A stretch of DNA of 63,491 bases, filler included, from an uncultured bacterium (GTDB lineage Bacteria; CAZSTA01): the NCBI GenBank assembly GCA_964609495.1. It is 28 parts of 28 records of this genome, joined end to end, with 100 filler letters (N's around TTAATTAATTAA, not from the genome) between each part and the next. Parts side by side here need not be neighbours in the genome. Positions count along the whole stretch, not along the records: positions 53,444 to 55,448 come from CAZSTA010000335.1; positions 55,549 to 57,498 come from CAZSTA010000336.1; positions 57,599 to 59,538 come from CAZSTA010000337.1; positions 59,639 to 61,550 come from CAZSTA010000338.1; positions 61,651 to 63,491 come from CAZSTA010000339.1; 23 more parts are not named here. The stretch is one strand, 5' to 3'. The stretch's first letter is position 1. Each line of letters begins with the position of its first letter. The translations under genes and the position numbers were made by a program. Shown here one piece after another: positions 54,957 to 63,491 of this stretch. The notes under the pieces were generated by a model. It was not told the DNA's origin, ran no database searches, and saw only the letters and a program-made list of their open reading frames with translations.

Positions 54957-54993
54957 ATGAGCATACGAGATATCTCGTATGCTCATTTCTTTT
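54957..54993 (+). terminator. Rho-independent terminator
   Basis: ATGAGCATACGAGA-TA-TCTCGTATGCTCAT followed by TTCTTTT. Confidence 0.8.
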
Positions 54994-55011
54994 CCGGTAT
55001 AATTCCACTAG

Positions 55012-55234
55012 ATCACCCTCCCCTAACCCCTCCCGTCAAGGGAGGGGGAAATAAAGAGAGCAGTCTTATCTGGTGTCCCCTAAAAGGTAACTTTTTTGCT
55101 TCAAATAGAACTCATGGTTAAAAAAGTTACCTTTTTCCCCTCGTGGGAGAGGGCTAGGGTGAGGGGGGATTTATATCTTGAACTCCCTAGCGAAAAGCTA
55201 AGAATATGATACTCCGATTAGAAGCTCAAAGACC
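55012..55234. repeat. Repeat-family copy with a nested ~55-bp mini-element (55081-55135)
   Basis: Matches 12123-12258; the core is interrupted by AAAAGGTAACTTTTT...AAAAAGTTACCTTTT. Confidence 0.85.
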
Positions 55235-55243
55235 AAATAGGCA

Positions 55244-55448
55244 CTATTCCCTACCCAATGTCTCTCTAACTAGATTCAAAGCCTCTTCCCTAGAGGAGAT
55301 CATACCTTCAAGCTGAGCCTGTTCAACAACCCCTAATAGCACTCCTACTAAAGGACCACTCTCTAGCTTGAATTCGTCAATTAAATCCTTCCCTGATATC
55401 AACTTAGGAAATTTATCTTTCTTATTCTCCATCTCATAGCAATAAGCT
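55244..55448 (-). CDS. CCA-adding/poly(A) polymerase-family C-terminus (5' truncated)
   Basis: LISGKDLI..F.L.SGP.VG.LL..V.QAQ.EG.I.SREEAL. Confidence 0.75.
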
Positions 55449-55548
55449 NNNNNNNNNNNNNNNNNNNNNNNNNNNNNNNNNNNNNNNNNNNNTTAATTAA
55501 TTAANNNNNNNNNNNNNNNNNNNNNNNNNNNNNNNNNNNNNNNNNNNN

Positions 55549-55695
55549 ATGAGTTCTATTTGAAGCAAAAAAGTTACCTTTTAGGGAACATCGAGATAAG
55601 CTCCATCTCTTTAGTTCCCCTCCCTCGACGGGAGGGGCTAGGGGAGGATGATTTAAGGAAATTCAAATCTGCTAGCACGATATTCTACATGCTTA
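55549..55695. repeat. Repeat-family copy with nested mini-element and CATGCTTA terminus
   Basis: AAAAAAGTTACCTTTT, palindrome, then CTAGCACGATATTCTACATGCTTA. Confidence 0.85.
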
Positions 55696-55712
55696 CTGAG
55701 GTATAGCCATAC

Positions 55713-55741
55713 TTGACAATGAGTCTCAATTTAGCTATAAT
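55713..55741 (+). promoter_or_regulatory. Consensus sigma70 promoter 17 bp from the repeat end
   Basis: TTGACA-17 bp-TATAAT. Confidence 0.88.
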
Positions 55742-55899
55742 GTAAATAGACAACTAGCTATCCACTCAGATGAGGGCGATAATCCTATACCCAGGAGGAG
55801 GCTACAGCATATCTTAATTCACTCTCAAAGAAGTTTAGAGAAAGATAACTGTAGCAGTGATAACGAGAGTCCTTAAATCTAAGATTCGAGGTGATAGAG

Positions 55900-57498
55900 A
55901 TGGCTAAGTTACCGACTCTAAAAGAGGCTATGGCATACCTTAAAAGGGAAGATAGAAAAGTGAACAAAATACTAGTTATGTTATTAACCCTCTTTTCGGT
56001 TATAATCACTATTTACTTTCAGAGCGTAGGCATAGACATTGTATTTACGCATGTCTATTATGTACCTGCCGTCTTAGCAATAATTCTCTGGGGCTGGAAA
56101 GGATGGTTTTTAAGCATAGGGTTAGCAATCTTCCAAATAATCTCCCATATATTGCAGATAGGGACTCCGCCGTGGAATGATTTAGTTAGAATGAGCTTAT
56201 TAGTTGCAGTGGCAGGTTTAATAGCCTGGTGGTATAGAAGGCTAGAGAAAGAGAGATTAAGTTGTGAGGAAACATTACGTCAAGAGAGGGACTCTTCTCA
56301 GGGGATAATCCAGACGGCGCGCAAGCAGGCGGAGGAGGAGTTTTTAACCATTTTCCACGGTGTTCAAGACGGAATAGTTCTGCTGGACAAGACTGGCAAG
56401 ATCCTCAAAATCAATAAGAGGGTCACTGAAGTTGCAGGATACACTGAGAAGGACGTTGTTGGTAAACGCCTTTCCAGTCTGAAAATGTTCTCTAAAAAGG
56501 ATTTGGGGTTAATGGTTGTTAGGATTGCCAAACTAATTGCAGGTGCTCAAGTTCCACCAGCTATTTATGAGGCCGTTACTAAAGAAGGCAAAAAAATTTA
56601 TGTTGAAGTAACTTCTCGACCCGTGAAAGGTGGAGTGGCAGCTGTACTTAGGGACGTCACCAAGCGCAAGCAGATGGAGGAAGAATTGAGGAAACACCGT
56701 GATCACCTTGAGGAGCTAGTGGAAGAGCGCAGCGTCGAGCTAAGAGCGATTAATGAACAACTTCAACGGGAAATCACCGAGCGCAAGCGGGCAGAGGAGA
56801 CACTGCGAGAAAGTGAAGAACGTTTCCGCTCAATTTTTAATAATATATCCGTAGGGGTAGCCCTTGTTGACAAGGATGGTTTTGTCATAGCCGCGAACGA
56901 GGCCGATTGTCGCTTCCTGGGTTACTCCCAGGAAGAAATAGGGGGGATGCATTCTTCGGAATTTATCTATCCGGAAGATCTGAATCTGGATATGGAGTTA
57001 TATGACTCCCTGATAAAAGATGAGAGAAGCAGCTATATGATAGATAAAAGGTATGTGCGAAAAGATGGTGAAATCGTTTGGGGTCGCCTAAGTGTCTCAT
57101 TAATCAAGAGTGATGATGACCACCCTCGGTACATAGCTATTGTTTGTGAAGACATCACCGAGCGCAAGCGAGCAGAGAAGGAGATTGAAAAGCGCAAAGA
57201 GGAATTGGAGGAATTGACAGCCCAGCTAAATGAGGCTCTTCAAGCTAAATCAGATTTCTTGAATATGGTCAGTCACGAGCTTCGCACTCCTCTTACCGGG
57301 ATAAGAGGAGCAGCTGAGATTATTTATAGTATGCCTGATCTCTCCAGAGATCAGCTCGAGGAAATGTCGGACATCATTATAAAGAATGTGGATCGGCAAG
57401 AGATTCTGACCAATGATCTACTCACCCTTGCTAGACTAGAGGTAGGAAGGCAGGAGGTTAATCGGCAAGCGCTGCCGTTAGCACAGGTTGTTTTGGAT
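55900..57498 (+). CDS. Membrane sensor histidine kinase with two PAS domains (3' truncated)
   Basis: TM helices, PAS domains ending DVTKRK and DITERK, H-box SHELRTPL. Confidence 0.92.
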
Positions 57499-57598
57499 NN
57501 NNNNNNNNNNNNNNNNNNNNNNNNNNNNNNNNNNNNNNNNNNTTAATTAATTAANNNNNNNNNNNNNNNNNNNNNNNNNNNNNNNNNNNNNNNNNNNN

Positions 57599-57793
57599 GT
57601 GAAGGATAGTTACGAGGTAATAGAGGAAATGCGAAGGGACGAGCGCTTCGAGGATTTACCGATCATCATTGTATCAGCCGAGGGTAGGGAGTGGGAGATC
57701 GAAAGGGCAATGGACTTGGGTGCCAACGGACATATTATGAAACCATTTAAGTTGGAGGAGCTATCTGCTGTAGCGAAAAAATGGCTGGAATAG
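57599..57793 (+). CDS. Response-regulator receiver C-terminus (5' truncated)
   Basis: LPIIIVSA...GA..HIMKPF. Confidence 0.85.
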   Translation: MKDSYEVIEEMRRDERFEDLPIIIVSAEGREWEIERAMDLGANGHIMKPFKLEELSAVAKKWLE

Positions 57794-57815
57794 ATAAGAT
57801 TAATGCAAGTACAGG

Positions 57816-58073
57816 TCTTGAACTCACCTTAAATCACCCTCCTCTACCCCCTCCCTTTTGGTTTTTGCTGAATTAATAAGACTTCAAATAATCTTGTTAA
57901 TTATCACCCTCCCCCTAGCCCCTTCCTCAAGAGAGGGGGAATAAAGAGCTTTAGTTCAATCTCAGTGTTCCCTCTCCCCTCGTGGGAGAGAAATAGGGTG
58001 AGGGGAGATTTACATCTTGAACCCACTAGCGAAAAGCTGAGAATATGATACTCCGATCATCTGCTCAAAGACC
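57816..58073. repeat. Repeat-family copy between convergent genes
   Basis: Both palindromes, the extra TTGCTGAATTAATAAG module and the GCTCAAAGACC terminus. Confidence 0.85.
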
Positions 58074-58084
58074 ATTCTCTACTT

Positions 58085-59344
58085 TCATCTCCATAACAAC
58101 CATACGAAGAGGGTAGATACCGTTACCGCGACCAAAGTGAAAGGTAATCCTATCCTCATAAAATCCCAAAAAGATAGCTTATATCCTCTCTTCCTCAGTA
58201 AGCCGAAGGAAACTATATTAGCTGAAGCTCCGATAGGAGTTATGTTTCCCCCGATCGTCGCTCCTAATAACAAGCCAAAGAGGAAGAGATATTGCGATAC
58301 TCCAAAGCTTGCAGCGACTTTCTGCACCACAGGGATCATCGCCATCACATAAGGAATATTATCTACAAAGGCCGAGGCGAAAACGGAGCTCCAAACTACT
58401 AGACTATAAGCTATAACAAGATTATTCCCTGACCAGTGAGCAATTAAATCCGCTATATCATCGACTAATCCTACCTCGGTGAAAGTCCCTACTATGATAA
58501 AAACTCCTATGAGGAAAAAGAGGGTAACCCAATCTAAACTTCGCAGTAGAGCTATTCTGCTGGGAGCTTCCTTTCCGCGAGGCAATAATAGCGCTATAAT
58601 TGCGAAACTGAAGCAGATTATCCCTATCGCGTAATGATATCTAGTTATGAAGGAAGATATCGCCAGAGAGAATATCATCAAGCATAGAAGAATAGTTGGA
58701 ATCCAACTTTTTACTTTAACTGGAGGAAAAGGTTCTACTTTTCTTCTATATTTGCGGAAGAAGAAATATAATACAAAGAGAGAGAAGATAGCTCCTAACT
58801 GCACTGCGAAGAATATACTGGGTTTCCCCCACATCCAGATAAAGTCGTTGAAGTTCATTCCAGAGGAGGTTGCCAAGATTATACTAGCCGAATCTCCGAC
58901 GAGGGTGGCACTTCCTTGAAGGTTAGAGGAGATAGAGATGCCTATCAATAAGGGGACCGGTGATACCCCCAATTTTTTAGCCACTTCGAAGGCGATGGGT
59001 GCTATAATAAGTACTGTAGCAACATTCTCCGCCACCGCGGATATTGCTCCTGAAAGGACACAGATGGCAAGCAAGGCTAAGCTCACGATCTTCAATCTAT
59101 TTACCATAGATATCGCCAGAAAAGCCGGAGCTTCGGAGAGGATAAAAAGCTCCGCTAAAACCATCGTTCCCCAAAAAATGCCCAGAACGTTCAGGTTTAT
59201 AGAGGCTAATGCTTGGAGAGGAGATATCGCTCTTCCGATGATCAGTAGCAGGGCACCTGCCCAGATAATCAATAATTGATTCTTTCTTTTGAAGATTAAT
59301 AGGCTATAGCAAACTGCAAATACTATGAGAGTAAATGCTTTCAT
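58085..59344 (-). CDS. ArsB/NhaD/CitMHS (SLC13-like) permease
   Basis: ENVATVL, NLQGSATLVGD, FVDNIPY, GGNITPIGASAN. Confidence 0.88.
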   Translation of the reverse strand: MKAFTLIVFAVCYSLLIFKRKNQLLIIWAGALLLIIGRAISPLQALASINLNVLGIFWGTMVLAELFILSEAPAFLAISMVNRLKIVSLALLAICVLSGAISAVAENVATVLIIAPIAFEVAKKLGVSPVPLLIGISISSNLQGSATLVGDSASIILATSSGMNFNDFIWMWGKPSIFFAVQLGAIFSLFVLYFFFRKYRRKVEPFPPVKVKSWIPTILLCLMIFSLAISSFITRYHYAIGIICFSFAIIALLLPRGKEAPSRIALLRSLDWVTLFFLIGVFIIVGTFTEVGLVDDIADLIAHWSGNNLVIAYSLVVWSSVFASAFVDNIPYVMAMIPVVQKVAASFGVSQYLFLFGLLLGATIGGNITPIGASANIVSFGLLRKRGYKLSFWDFMRIGLPFTLVAVTVSTLFVWLLWR

Positions 59345-59638
59345 GGACACTCTATTCCCTATTAGCAAGCGAATAAATTACTCTATTTCTCTCGGAGGAA
59401 CTTTAGTATGGATGAAGCGATATTAATAATCGATCATCTAATATGACAAATTAAAGGAGCTTGTTTCAAATATTTTACAAGCTCTCTATGGAAATTATAA
59501 CCGAATGTCAGTTTTCTGTCAAGTCATCTACTTCTAAANNNNNNNNNNNNNNNNNNNNNNNNNNNNNNNNNNNNNNNNNNNNTTAATTAATTAANNNNNN
59601 NNNNNNNNNNNNNNNNNNNNNNNNNNNNNNNNNNNNNN

Positions 59639-59790
59639 CAAAAAAGTTACCTTTTAGGGAACATCAAGATGGAGCTTAAGTCTATGCTTCGCACTATTTT
59701 CTCGTCCCCCCTCCCTCGATGGGAGGGGGATAGGGGGAGGGTGTAATACAAAGTAAATTAGATCTTAGATCCCAGATTTTATATGCATCC
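59639..59790. repeat. Repeat-family copy with nested mini-element end and ATGCATCC terminus
   Basis: AAAAAAGTTACCTTTT, palindrome, GATCCCAGATTTTATATGCATCC. Confidence 0.85.
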
Positions 59791-59891
59791 TTCTAAGGAG
59801 GCGAAAAAGGGCAATTCCTCTCTGAAGTTATTGCAGAGGGGTCTCCTTGCCCGATTCTTATGAGTCTTAATAAAGAAGGAGGTCTGTCTTA

Positions 59892-61451
59892 ATGGCTGAA
59901 TACATAGTCACTCTGGATGCTGGAACTGGTAGCGGACGTTGTATTATCTTCGATACCGAAGGGAATCAGCTAGGAGTCTCTCAGGAGGAGTGGTATCCCA
60001 AAACCATACCTGAGTACCCTGGCTCTCAGGTCTTCGATACAACCGAGGCTTGGCAGATATTGATTAATTGTATTAAAGAGGCTATGCAGAAGGTATCTGC
60101 GAAGGCGGAGGAGATCATCGGGGTCACTGTCACTAGTATGCGAGAGGGATTCGTTCTCTATGATAAGGATGGGAATGAGATATGGGCTTGTCCTAATGCC
60201 GACTCTAGAGCTCACGAGGAGGTCAAGGAGCTAGTGGCGAAAGGATTGGGGGAGAAGATATACCGAACTGGTGGCGATTGGTTTGGAATGGCTGCTCCCC
60301 CTCGCTTCTTGTGGATTAAGAGACATCAACCTGAGATATATGAGAAGATCGCCCGTATGACTATGCTCTCCGATTGGGTGCTTTATCGTTTGACTGGGGA
60401 GTTCGTGACCGATCCCTCTGTGGGCTCTAGTTGTGATCTATTTGATCTCTCAAGGAGAACTTGGTCCGAGGAGACGATCGAGACCTTCGATCTTCCTCGT
60501 GGTATCTATCCTCCAGTCTATGAATCTGGCACGATAATAGGAGAGGTTACCGAGAAGGCGGCTCGGGAGACTGGCTTGAAGAAAGGGACTCCCGTTATCA
60601 CGAGTGGTGCGGATACTCAGCTAGCGTTGACTGGAGTGGGAGCGGTTCATCCCCTTGATTATGTTATCGTAGCGGGTAGCTTCTGGCAAACAGCGGTTGT
60701 CTCCGACATCCCTCTTATTCATCCCGAATGTAAGCCCCGCACCCTTTGTCACACCGTTCCTGGCCAGTGGATGACCGAGGGCATCGGCTTCCTACATGGT
60801 TATGCGATGCGTTGGTTTAGGGATGGATTCTGCGCTAAGGAGAAGGAGGTCGCCGCGGAGCAAGGCGTAGATCCCTATTATGTTTTGGAGAAGATGGCTG
60901 AGCAGGTTCCCCCTGGCTCTAACGGCCTAATCGCGATCTTCTCTGATATTATGAACGCCAAGCGGTGGAAACAAGCGGCTCCTTGCTTTATGCAGATCGA
61001 CATCTTCTCTCCCTCGACCTGTGGGAAGAAGGAATTCTTCCGGGCTTTAGAGGAGAATGCCGCTTATGTATCTTATGGTAATTATCAGAACTTGCTGGAG
61101 CTAACCAATCACATTCCCGAGGAGATCATCTTCTGCGCTGGCTCCTCTAAAGGATTCCTCTGGCCGCAGATTATGGCTGATGTCTATGGAATCAGGATGA
61201 AGGTCCCTGTAGTTAAGGAGTCAACTGCTCTCGGAGCGGCGATGTGTGTCGGCGTTGGTTTGGGGAGATACAAGGATTTAGCTGAAGCGGTAGAAGACAT
61301 CGTTCGTTGGGATAAGACCTTCGAGCCGAATATGGGAAACCATAAAGCCTATAAGAAGTATTACGATAAGTGGCATCAGGTATATCCTCGAATCCTGCGA
61401 TTAACCGATGAAGGATTATTAGAGCCGATGTGGAGGGCTCCGGGAACTTAG
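59892..61451 (+). CDS. lsrK: Autoinducer-2 kinase (FGGY family)
   Basis: LDAGTGSGR, SMREG.VLY...IWAC.N.D.RA, GSFWQ, C-terminal WRAPG as in LsrK. Confidence 0.85.
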   Translation: MAEYIVTLDAGTGSGRCIIFDTEGNQLGVSQEEWYPKTIPEYPGSQVFDTTEAWQILINCIKEAMQKVSAKAEEIIGVTVTSMREGFVLYDKDGNEIWACPNADSRAHEEVKELVAKGLGEKIYRTGGDWFGMAAPPRFLWIKRHQPEIYEKIARMTMLSDWVLYRLTGEFVTDPSVGSSCDLFDLSRRTWSEETIETFDLPRGIYPPVYESGTIIGEVTEKAARETGLKKGTPVITSGADTQLALTGVGAVHPLDYVIVAGSFWQTAVVSDIPLIHPECKPRTLCHTVPGQWMTEGIGFLHGYAMRWFRDGFCAKEKEVAAEQGVDPYYVLEKMAEQVPPGSNGLIAIFSDIMNAKRWKQAAPCFMQIDIFSPSTCGKKEFFRALEENAAYVSYGNYQNLLELTNHIPEEIIFCAGSSKGFLWPQIMADVYGIRMKVPVVKESTALGAAMCVGVGLGRYKDLAEAVEDIVRWDKTFEPNMGNHKAYKKYYDKWHQVYPRILRLTDEGLLEPMWRAPGT

Positions 61452-61692
61452 AGTTATAGGTTTGATTGGGGATTAATGAAAGGAGGGAAAGCCTGTAGGA
61501 AAGAAGCGAAGATGAGAAGAGATGAGGAGTAAGAAATTATTTCGGAGGTGNNNNNNNNNNNNNNNNNNNNNNNNNNNNNNNNNNNNNNNNNNNNTTAATT
61601 AATTAANNNNNNNNNNNNNNNNNNNNNNNNNNNNNNNNNNNNNNNNNNNNCAGATCTCACTAATTGTTTCATATCGGAAACTCCCATTAGTT

Positions 61693-61817
61693 TCCCCCTC
61701 ACCCTTAAAAGGTAACTTTTGCTTCAAATAGGACTCAAGGTTAAAAAGTTACCTTTTATCCCTCTCCCACAAGGGGAGAGGGGACGTAATTGAGAAGGGT
61801 TAGGGGAGGGTGATTTA
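61693..61817. repeat. Repeat-family copy with the mini-element nested at a different position (about 61706-61757)
   Basis: CCCCTCACCCT|TAAAAGGTAAC...GTTACCTTTT|ATCCCTCTCCCACAAGGGGAGAGGG. Confidence 0.8.
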
Positions 61818-61833
61818 TTTGAAACTACCTATC

Positions 61834-63156
61834 TCACTTAACGCATACCTTAGCCACGATCTCATAGATGATCTTCGTGGCAAATTTGATATTCTCAATT
61901 GATATTCGTTCATTATGTCCATGAGCTAACTTCAGTTCCTCCCAAGTTAGCTTGAAGGGAATGAAACCATAGCTCGGGATCCCTAGCGCCCGAAAGAAGC
62001 GACTATCACTAGCTCCAGTTGATATAGCAGGAGTAACTATCGCCCCTGGATCAGCTTCCCGAAGGACTTCTTCAATAGCGAGGTAGAGTTCGCTATCGAG
62101 GGGAGAGGCATCGGTAGTAGCGCTCTGCTTAATAGCTTCCACCTTGATATCACCATCAGCTATGACCTCCACCAACTGCTGATGAAATTCCTCCTTAGAA
62201 GCACCCGGAAGGAGGCGCACATCTAATTCTGCTATTGAAGTTGAGGGAATGACGTTAGTCTTAGAACCAGCGTTCAATATAGTTATATTGATCGTATTAC
62301 GTAGCATCCCCTCGTATATCGAATTAGCTGTTATCTTAGTCAAAGCCTCGGGATCCGTGATCGTCCGATCGATATTGCGGAAGAGATCGGCCAGTTCTGA
62401 ATCCTGCTTGTCCGCTAATCTGATGAAATATTCCCTGACAGTTGGTATAACCTCGAAAGGAGGAGTCCACTCCGCTACTCTCTTTAAAGCCCGGACCAAC
62501 TTGACATTAGCGTTATCGCTATTGGGAATTGAACCATGACCAGGTCTCCCAGTAGCCGTAAGTTCTATCTGATAGATGATCTTCTCCCCGGTATTAACCT
62601 CATAATGTTCCAATTCGCCATCCTCAGTAATAACCCCTGTTCCTCCCTCGTTCAATACGAGAGCCGCTTCCTTTAGGGTTGGATAGCGCTCAAGCATCCA
62701 CTTAGCACCCTTCATCCCCCCGGTCTCCTCATCACCAGTCGCGAGGAAGATCACATCTCTCCTCAAGGGCAGACCGTTTCGCTTTAAGATGAGGATCACC
62801 ATCAGCTCTAAGATCCCCATACCCTTCATATCGAGAGTGCCTCTTCCCCAGATATAACTATCTTTAATGACTCCACCGAAGGGATCGACCTCCCATTTAT
62901 CCCTCTCCACAGGAACTACATCGGTATGATTGAGGATAATTAGAGGAGCTTCCGACTCGTCTCCCTTTAGGCGAGCTATCAGATGACCGCGTCCTGCTTC
63001 CGATTCCGCTACTTCGCACTCGATCCCCTCCTTTTCCAGTATCCCCTTGAAATAATTCGCAGCTATTATCTCATTCCCTGGAGGGTTAGAGGTATCCAGA
63101 CGTATATATTCCCTTAGCTTGTCTATTGCTTCCTCTCCCAAAGAATCCCAATCCAT
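61834..63156 (-). CDS. M20/M25/M40 metallopeptidase
   Basis: NHTDVVP, GRGTLDMKG, DEE, GHGS, HGHNERI. Confidence 0.93.
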   Translation of the reverse strand: MDWDSLGEEAIDKLREYIRLDTSNPPGNEIIAANYFKGILEKEGIECEVAESEAGRGHLIARLKGDESEAPLIILNHTDVVPVERDKWEVDPFGGVIKDSYIWGRGTLDMKGMGILELMVILILKRNGLPLRRDVIFLATGDEETGGMKGAKWMLERYPTLKEAALVLNEGGTGVITEDGELEHYEVNTGEKIIYQIELTATGRPGHGSIPNSDNANVKLVRALKRVAEWTPPFEVIPTVREYFIRLADKQDSELADLFRNIDRTITDPEALTKITANSIYEGMLRNTINITILNAGSKTNVIPSTSIAELDVRLLPGASKEEFHQQLVEVIADGDIKVEAIKQSATTDASPLDSELYLAIEEVLREADPGAIVTPAISTGASDSRFFRALGIPSYGFIPFKLTWEELKLAHGHNERISIENIKFATKIIYEIVAKVCVK

Positions 63157-63210
63157 TTATATCTCCTTTCTACTCGATTTCATCTTTAAGTAGTTTCAAA
63201 TATTCGCTAC

Positions 63211-63320
63211 TGAGTTCAATATCCCCCTCACCCTGTCCCTCTCCCACAAGGGGAGAGGGAACATAATCAAGCCCCTCTCTTGATACCTCTCTCCCCCTCC
63301 CTTGATGGAAGGGTGATTAA
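63211..63320. repeat. Repeat-family copy between tandem M20 genes
   Basis: CCCCCTCACCCTGTCCCTCTCCCACAAGGGGAGAGGG plus a degenerate second palindrome. Confidence 0.8.
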
Positions 63321-63329
63321 AACATAATA

Positions 63330-63491
63330 TTACTTAACGGCTACTTTGCGAACTATATCATAGAGCATCTTAGCTCCGAATTTCATATTCTCTATGGATA
63401 TTCGCTCATTATGTCCATGAATCCTTCTCAGTTCATCCCATTGAAGTCGGAAGGGGATAAAACCATAGCAGGCGATCCCCTCAGCGCGGAA
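63330..63491 (-). CDS. Second M20 peptidase C-terminus (tandem paralog, 5' truncated)
   Basis: YGFIPF.L.W.EL...HGHNERISIEN.KF, paralogous to the end of 61834-63156. Confidence 0.85.
   Translation of the reverse strand, partial: FRAEGIACYGFIPFRLQWDELRRIHGHNERISIENMKFGAKMLYDIVRKVAVK

Noticed and set aside
59790-59830. Promoter expected after this repeat terminus (also after 208 and left of 12080)
   Set aside because: No convincing -35/-10 pair; recorded as counter-examples to the promoter-docking pattern.
8890-62539. Numerous antisense shadow ORFs in the track (e.g. 8890, 10165, 15858, 18431, 26125, 58938, 62249)
   Set aside because: They lie opposite well-supported genes and have no motifs or RBS.

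Overview
This is not one locus. It is 28 short contigs (about 2.4 kb down to 1.8 kb, sorted by decreasing length) joined by 100-nt N-linkers carrying TTAATTAATTAA (stops in all frames). It looks like the fragmented tail of a bacterial MAG, so adjacency across linkers is meaningless. Housekeeping and metabolic genes: tatA, tRNA-Leu(CAG), hemW, nusG-rplK-rplA, argF, purM-purN, phoU, lsrK, sugar ABC permeases, GT-C glycosyltransferases, a PorV-like gene and M20 peptidases. Defence and mobile genes: cas4-cas1-cas2 with the start of a CRISPR array, a type IIG R-M enzyme, AbiEi/AbiEii, several antitoxins followed by truncated toxins, a complete tnpB-only IS200/IS605 element with readable ends, an IS3 remnant, serine-recombinase remnants, a phage tail/lysin contig and two related FtsK-domain cassettes. 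The most striking unexplained signal is a modular, GC-palindromic MITE/REP-like repeat family, about 19 copies or fragments, often at contig breaks. In 9 instances its terminal inverted repeat sits 17-18 bp (7 cases) or 8-9 bp (2 cases) upstream of a near-consensus sigma70 -35 box, suggesting promoter-guided insertion or a regulatory role. Also notable are a 10-Cys halocin-C8-like peptide following a Gly-Gly site, and a divergent DnaB paralogue.
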